From assembly GCA_963805085.1 (NCBI GenBank), contig CAWDTA010000002.1, forward strand, positions 896,001-960,000: a stretch of 64,000 nt of DNA. Reading direction: 5' to 3'. The notes beneath the pieces are model-generated. The model saw only the letters and a list, made by a program, of their open reading frames with translations, had not been told where the DNA came from and searched no databases. Of the stretch, positions 59,390-64,000 are shown one piece after another. The position numbers were made by a program, and so were the translations under genes. This DNA comes from an uncultured Veillonellaceae bacterium (GTDB lineage: Bacteria > Bacillota > Negativicutes > JARBTT01). How positions within the stretch are numbered: position 1 is the stretch's first letter; each line of letters opens with the position of its first letter.

Positions 59390-59590
59390 ATGGCTAATAA
59401 AAAGATGTGTATTGAATGTAGTGTTTTGCTGAAGAAAGACGAGGTGGCATTATCTCAAAAAATGCTTGGGCGCGTTATAACGGAGTTTTACTGTATAGAC
59501 TGCCTTGCTGAAACCCTCGATTGCGATCCGGATGACTTGGTTGTTAAGATACAAGAATTTAAAGAGCAGGGTTGTACATTATTTTTGTAG
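59390..59590 (+). CDS. 66-aa zinc-finger-like protein within the BREX-4 operon
   Basis: CIEC...CIDC, C-terminal GCTLF; 3 nt after pglZ stop; its stop overlaps the brxL SD. Confidence 0.75.
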   Translation: MANKKMCIECSVLLKKDEVALSQKMLGRVITEFYCIDCLAETLDCDPDDLVVKIQEFKEQGCTLFL

Positions 59591-59601
59591 GAGGTGCGAG
59601 G

Positions 59602-61044
59602 ATGGATAAACTAAGAGAGGCATTTGCTGAAATGGTCGTTCTGAAAAATCCAGAACGAACTAAGTTCTTTGCTGACCTCAGCCTGCCTTCATATATGCGG
59701 GACTGGCTTGTTATGAAGTTTTCTGATGAGCTTGGTAATATTGACTATGATGGTGTAACACGTTACATCAAGCAATATATCCCAAATCGCGAGGATTACG
59801 AACAATTTAAGTTTCAAATGGTTAATGGAGAAAGCGTTCGCTTCCTTGCCCGCATTCGCGTTGGCATTGATATAAAAACAGGTAAAACGACATTCGAACT
59901 CCCGGATTTTGGAGGCACGAAAACAGGTGCTGGTGGTGAGGTATCAAACGACGTTATCAACCGCTGGCAAGATACTCTTTTGAGAGAAACTGAAAATTGG
60001 GGCATCATTGATCTCGTCTGGGAACAGGATTACTCAAAAAAGCCGCCGAGGGGTTATATAAAAATTATTGGTTATCAGCCATTCTGTCCATACAATGTTG
60101 ATTTGGAGTATTACCGTGAAGCCCGCCGGAAATTTACAACTCAGGAATGGCTTGACATTCTTATTTCAGCTGTCGATTATAATCCTCACGGTTATGAAAC
60201 AGAAGAACAAAAATTATACTTTATCCGTAGACTTCTCCCGTTCGTGGAACGTCGTGTCAACCTCATTGAGCTTGCTCCTATGGGAACCGGTAAGAGTTAT
60301 GTGTACGAAAAGATAAGCAAACGTGGCTGGCTCGTGTCGAGTGGCACAATTTCGCGTGCCTCGCTTCTCTATGACAATAACAAACGCACAGGCGGTTTAA
60401 TTACTCAATTCGACTATGTTGCGTTTGACGAAATACAATCTTTGAAATTTGAACAGCCACAGCAGATACAGGCCGCTCTCAAAAGTTATATGGAGTTCGG
60501 TGAGGTCAAGGGCTTTGACACACAAATAATCGCAGATGCAGGAATTATCATTTTGGGTAATATTAATGCGAAAAAATTTAACCCCGAAATCAATATGGTT
60601 GATGAGATCAACCCAATATTTAGAGAGGCAGCGATCCTTGACCGTTTTCACGGCTTCATACCCGGTTGGGAAATTCCTCGCTTTCATACGGGAATTATCG
60701 CTGATGGTTGGGCGTTGAATACGGAATATTTTGCCGAAGTCTTACATGACTTGCGTGATGAACTCAAGTTTTCAGCTTTGGTAGATTCATGCTTGGATGT
60801 ACCCCGAAAGTCTGATAAGCGTGACCTTACGGCAATATCCCGTTTGTGTACTGGTTTTGTAAAATTGCTGTTTCCACATGCTGAAACGAAATCTGATATA
60901 GAGTCGGATGAATTTATTAAATATTGTCTCGAACCAGCTAAAGAAATGAGGGCAATAATCAAGAAACAGCTATGTGTAATTGCCCCGCAGGAATTCGATT
61001 TGCCGGGTAAGCGAGATATTCCAAATATACAATACAAGTATTAA
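59602..61044 (+). CDS. brxL: BrxL (MCM-like AAA+; lacks C-terminal Lon protease domain)
   Basis: LIELAPMGTGKS, VAFDEIQ, AILDRFHGFIPGWEIP; about 480 aa; AGGAGG SD before ATG 59602. Confidence 0.9.
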   Translation: MDKLREAFAEMVVLKNPERTKFFADLSLPSYMRDWLVMKFSDELGNIDYDGVTRYIKQYIPNREDYEQFKFQMVNGESVRFLARIRVGIDIKTGKTTFELPDFGGTKTGAGGEVSNDVINRWQDTLLRETENWGIIDLVWEQDYSKKPPRGYIKIIGYQPFCPYNVDLEYYREARRKFTTQEWLDILISAVDYNPHGYETEEQKLYFIRRLLPFVERRVNLIELAPMGTGKSYVYEKISKRGWLVSSGTISRASLLYDNNKRTGGLITQFDYVAFDEIQSLKFEQPQQIQAALKSYMEFGEVKGFDTQIIADAGIIILGNINAKKFNPEINMVDEINPIFREAAILDRFHGFIPGWEIPRFHTGIIADGWALNTEYFAEVLHDLRDELKFSALVDSCLDVPRKSDKRDLTAISRLCTGFVKLLFPHAETKSDIESDEFIKYCLEPAKEMRAIIKKQLCVIAPQEFDLPGKRDIPNIQYKY

Positions 61045-61238
61045 TCTGGAGGTTCCCCCTTGATTTTTACGCCGTCCAACGCCCCACAACGAAAGTATGG
61101 ATCGACTACACTTAACTAGAATGATTTAATAAGGTCATGTAAAGATGTTAGTAATATAGAAAGGTAGATAATCTTGAAATTTTATAAGAGGTTAATCAGC
61201 GTAGAAAATTAGAACTTGGCAATTGCCAAGTTCTTTGT

Positions 61239-61424
61239 TTATGCAAGTTTGCTTTGAATTAAAATATATTTAATTATGCTTTGCTTTGGAATCTTCCAAA
61301 CCCGGTTGTACCGAAAGGCTTTTAGATCACCAGATGCTAATAGTTTATAAGCAGAATTTTTACCGATGGAAAGCATTTCACAAAGCTCTTCCACCGTTAC
61401 TAAGTCGTTATATTCATTAAACAT
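61239..61424 (-). CDS. Excisionase-like HTH protein
   Basis: LVTVEELCEML.IGKNSAYKLL..G.LKAFR....WKIPK. Confidence 0.85.
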   Translation of the reverse strand: MFNEYNDLVTVEELCEMLSIGKNSAYKLLASGDLKAFRYNRVWKIPKQSIIKYILIQSKLA

Positions 61425-61507
61425 AATGAAATCACCTCATTTAAGATTTATTTATCTTAATGTTTCATTGAAATTTAAAATAGAAGTCATAGTGCATAAA
61501 AAGCTCT

Positions 61508-61693
61508 CTACTTTTTATTGCTCAAATGTACTTTTATATAATTATCAAGGGAGGTCCGTAACACAAGATAACTTTTTCCGCGTTTAATCGCTTGAATTTC
61601 TTTTTTGTGAATCAACAGGTAAATTGTGCTCGCAGAATAGCGTAGGTAAACAGCCGCTTCTGCTGTTGTAAGTAAAGCAGAGTCATGGATCAT
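61508..61693 (-). CDS. Excisionase-like HTH protein
   Basis: LLTTAEAAVYL..S.STIY.LI....I.AIKRGKSY.V....LDNYI; AGGAGG SD before ATG 61693. Confidence 0.85.
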   Translation of the reverse strand: MIHDSALLTTAEAAVYLRYSASTIYLLIHKKEIQAIKRGKSYLVLRTSLDNYIKVHLSNKK

Positions 61694-61917
61694 GATAAAT
61701 CGCCTCCTATCGTTTTTTACCTTTATGTTACATTTTCTTTGATTAAAGGCGATTCCTTTCATAAGATAAACTTAAATTTTTCACTTATATATTATAACTA
61801 TGAATACTTACAAACTTGTGGCTATACCACAAAGTCCTTGCAAAGGAACATAGGAACATACATAAAGGCACTAGCTTAGACGGCTAGTGCCAATTTTATT
61901 TTGAGGAGGAAAATACT

Positions 61918-62304
61918 ATGGGATTCTTTTCGTGGAAAGCAGCGGATACAGATCAAAGCATCAGTAACATTTATTCAGAACGTGGAGCATTGGCAATTTA
62001 TTTGGTAACACCAGACGATGAGTTTATTTTTGAACCAGCGTATGAAGGCTATGGTGTATTTGGAGGCAAGGATGCGTATATGTTACTCACTCAGTGGAAT
62101 GTGCCGGAACAATGCACAGGAGATGTAGAACATGATCGGCATATTGGAATTATGCTTGGTGATGATGTGAAGTATCCACTGAAATTTGCAGTAAGTAAAA
62201 TTCCTTATAATCATCTGAGTGCATCGGCAGAATGTGAGTATCAAGGCTATTTTTACGATGACAAAGAAGAGGGCACAGAAACAAACGATAAAGATTATGA
62301 ATAG
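61918..62304 (+). CDS. Hypothetical protein, mobile-element/phage-like
   Basis: Strong SD; MGFFSW..DT..SI, E..YEGYGVFGGKDAY; function not recognised. Confidence 0.7.
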   Translation: MGFFSWKAADTDQSISNIYSERGALAIYLVTPDDEFIFEPAYEGYGVFGGKDAYMLLTQWNVPEQCTGDVEHDRHIGIMLGDDVKYPLKFAVSKIPYNHLSASAECEYQGYFYDDKEEGTETNDKDYE

Positions 62305-62511
62305 TGAACCTTGTTAGATTAGCAAAGTTTTAGCGAGTAGGCGAAAATGCTTACTCGTTATTTTTATGCCAACGTATCAACAAACTTTGTATTTAAATAG
62401 TATTATGACAAATATATTTGCGTGAAGTAGCACTATAATGGCGAGAATCAATACTATTATGATTAACTTTGATTATACATATTATGTCATACTATAAATA
62501 GTGCGTTTGAG

Positions 62512-62760
62512 ATGAAGGTGATAAAAATATATAACAAACAATTTAAAATCTTAGGGAGAAAAATTGCCTATTATAGAGGACTAAAAAAATTATCACAGGT
62601 GCAACTAGCTAAGAAGATTGGTATAAGCACGAGTTATTTGAGTAAGATTGAGCGCGCTGATCTCGAAAGTATATCTTTAGCTACATTAATGCAGATTGCA
62701 TTAGGACTTGAATTGCCGACATATATTTTATTGAAATTTAATGAAGAAGATGAATTTTAG
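62512..62760 (+). CDS. XRE/Cro HTH regulator
   Basis: IAYYR....LSQ.QLA..IGIS.SYLSKIE. Confidence 0.88.
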   Translation: MKVIKIYNKQFKILGRKIAYYRGLKKLSQVQLAKKIGISTSYLSKIERADLESISLATLMQIALGLELPTYILLKFNEEDEF

Positions 62761-62898
62761 AAAAATCATAATGTGGATAAATATAAGGAGAAATTAGTGG
62801 TATTTGAGAATTCAGTGTTTGAATTGATAAGATAGCTTTTGATTGTGGTAGGAGTAGAAAAACTAAATTTAGTAATAGGATACAGGAGGTAAGAAGTT

Positions 62899-64000
62899 AT
62901 GAACCAAAGGATTGTTTTACTCGTTTTAGGATGTTTGGTAAGTATGCTTTTAATAAGTGGATGTTCTTCAAACGTTTTCGGTGACAGTGGTGAATTACAG
63001 GCTGGCTATTATAAGCAGATGATTATGCAACCTAATGGTAATTTTATTGGTAAAGACAAAGTAGATGATAAAAAAGCTGCTTCAAGTGGCTTGGTTTATA
63101 AGGTCGAAATGAATGAGCAGAAAAAATTATCTAAAATAACAGCGATGTATAATGAACAACCATTTGATCAAGAATGGTTTGATACAAAACATACTTGTTA
63201 TGGTAATTTTGCCGCGGTTGCAATGGAATATCAAGATGGATATGTAAAGTATAATTTTAAGAATGCCCGTATGCAGCCGACTACAGGATACTATGGTTCT
63301 TATTCATTACGATATAAGCTGGATGACAAGAAAGTTCCTACAATCGCTTATTGTTACAATAAAGATGGTGAGCAAGCGGAAAATGGCAATGGTTTTGCTC
63401 AGATGATTTTTACATATGACGATAAGGGCATTTTAACTAAAGTTGGATATGCCAATAGCAGTGGTGAACGTGTAACAACCAAATGGAAAGACTACGAAAC
63501 ACAGCTTAAATATAATAAAGATAGTAAGAAAAATAGCCTGCCAATAGAAGTATCCAATCATGGAAAAGATGGCGAATTGATGCTGGATTCTATGAATATT
63601 GCAAAGCGTGTATACAAATATGATGACAAAGATAGACTGCTTGAAATCAGGCACTTTGGTACAGATGGGAATTTAAGAGAAAGAGTACTTGATAAATTTC
63701 ACATGAACCGAATGCTTGGCGGAATTGGTGCAGGTGCTATTACAAAGTACAAATATGAAGGTGAGCAGAAACTGCCAAATGAAGTTTCTTTTTATGGAAA
63801 GGATGAACAGCCTGTAGGTGTGCAAGCATTAGATAATGCAGCCTCTATAAAGTTCAAAAGTGATAATTCAGGAATTGTTATGGAAATCAGTTTCTTTGGT
63901 ACGGATGGTTTACCGAGAGCTCTAGACGAGAAAACTTTCGGAAAAGATGTAGTTACTATGAAAATTAAGTTGGATGACTTTGGTAACAAAATTGAAACAG
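62899..64000 (+). CDS. Lipoprotein with YD-like beta repeats (partial, runs off window; not in ORF track)
   Basis: AGGAGG SD; MNQRIVLLVLGCLVSMLLISGC lipobox; repeats FTYDDKG, YKYDDKDR, YNKDG, FGTDG, YGKDE; frame appears open to 64000. Confidence 0.75.
   Translation, partial: MNQRIVLLVLGCLVSMLLISGCSSNVFGDSGELQAGYYKQMIMQPNGNFIGKDKVDDKKAASSGLVYKVEMNEQKKLSKITAMYNEQPFDQEWFDTKHTCYGNFAAVAMEYQDGYVKYNFKNARMQPTTGYYGSYSLRYKLDDKKVPTIAYCYNKDGEQAENGNGFAQMIFTYDDKGILTKVGYANSSGERVTTKWKDYETQLKYNKDSKKNSLPIEVSNHGKDGELMLDSMNIAKRVYKYDDKDRLLEIRHFGTDGNLRERVLDKFHMNRMLGGIGAGAITKYKYEGEQKLPNEVSFYGKDEQPVGVQALDNAASIKFKSDNSGIVMEISFFGTDGLPRALDEKTFGKDVVTMKIKLDDFGNKIET

Larger units (their letters stand above)
41997..64000. 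mobile_element. Integrative (mobilizable) genomic island downstream of tRNA-Gly; right end not seen in window
   Basis: Tyrosine integrase, several excisionase HTHs, MobC/relaxase, defence cargo and orphans immediately 3' of a tRNA; no attR copy of the tRNA 3' end found by eye. Confidence 0.7.

Noticed and set aside
61045-61240. Possible right attachment site after brxL
   Set aside because: No match to TTCGATTCCCTTCGCCCGCTCCA, and island-type genes continue downstream.

Overview
Low-GC diderm Firmicute chromosome, Negativicutes-like (inferred from an SLH-anchored outer-membrane porin among Firmicute-type genes). 1-41.9 kb is metabolic: a GNAT and a DUF2971-like gene; an internally deleted RsgA homolog behind a leader-peptide attenuator; a LysR-controlled malonate decarboxylase operon (mdcABC-DE-GH) ending in a membrane acyltransferase-3 gene; a PHO-box-preceded AfuABC-type ABC transporter; a LevR-type sigma-54 activator with two cellobiose-family PTS sets, a porin and a GH1; two tRNA clusters around a TrxB/glutaredoxin/GPx cassette; and an MFS-NSAR/OSBS-M20-DsdA-M20 operon. 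From tRNA-Gly(CCC) at 41923-41996 to the window end lies a genomic island. It carries an amber-split orphan gene, a minimal MobC/relaxase/Xis/integrase module and an expanded BREX type 4 (PAPS-reductase, phosphorothioation-type) defence locus. That locus has two extra genes and a probable internal translation start that would release the DUF4007 domain of BrxP. No CRISPR array or rRNA was seen. All calls come from motif recognition by eye; no searches were run.
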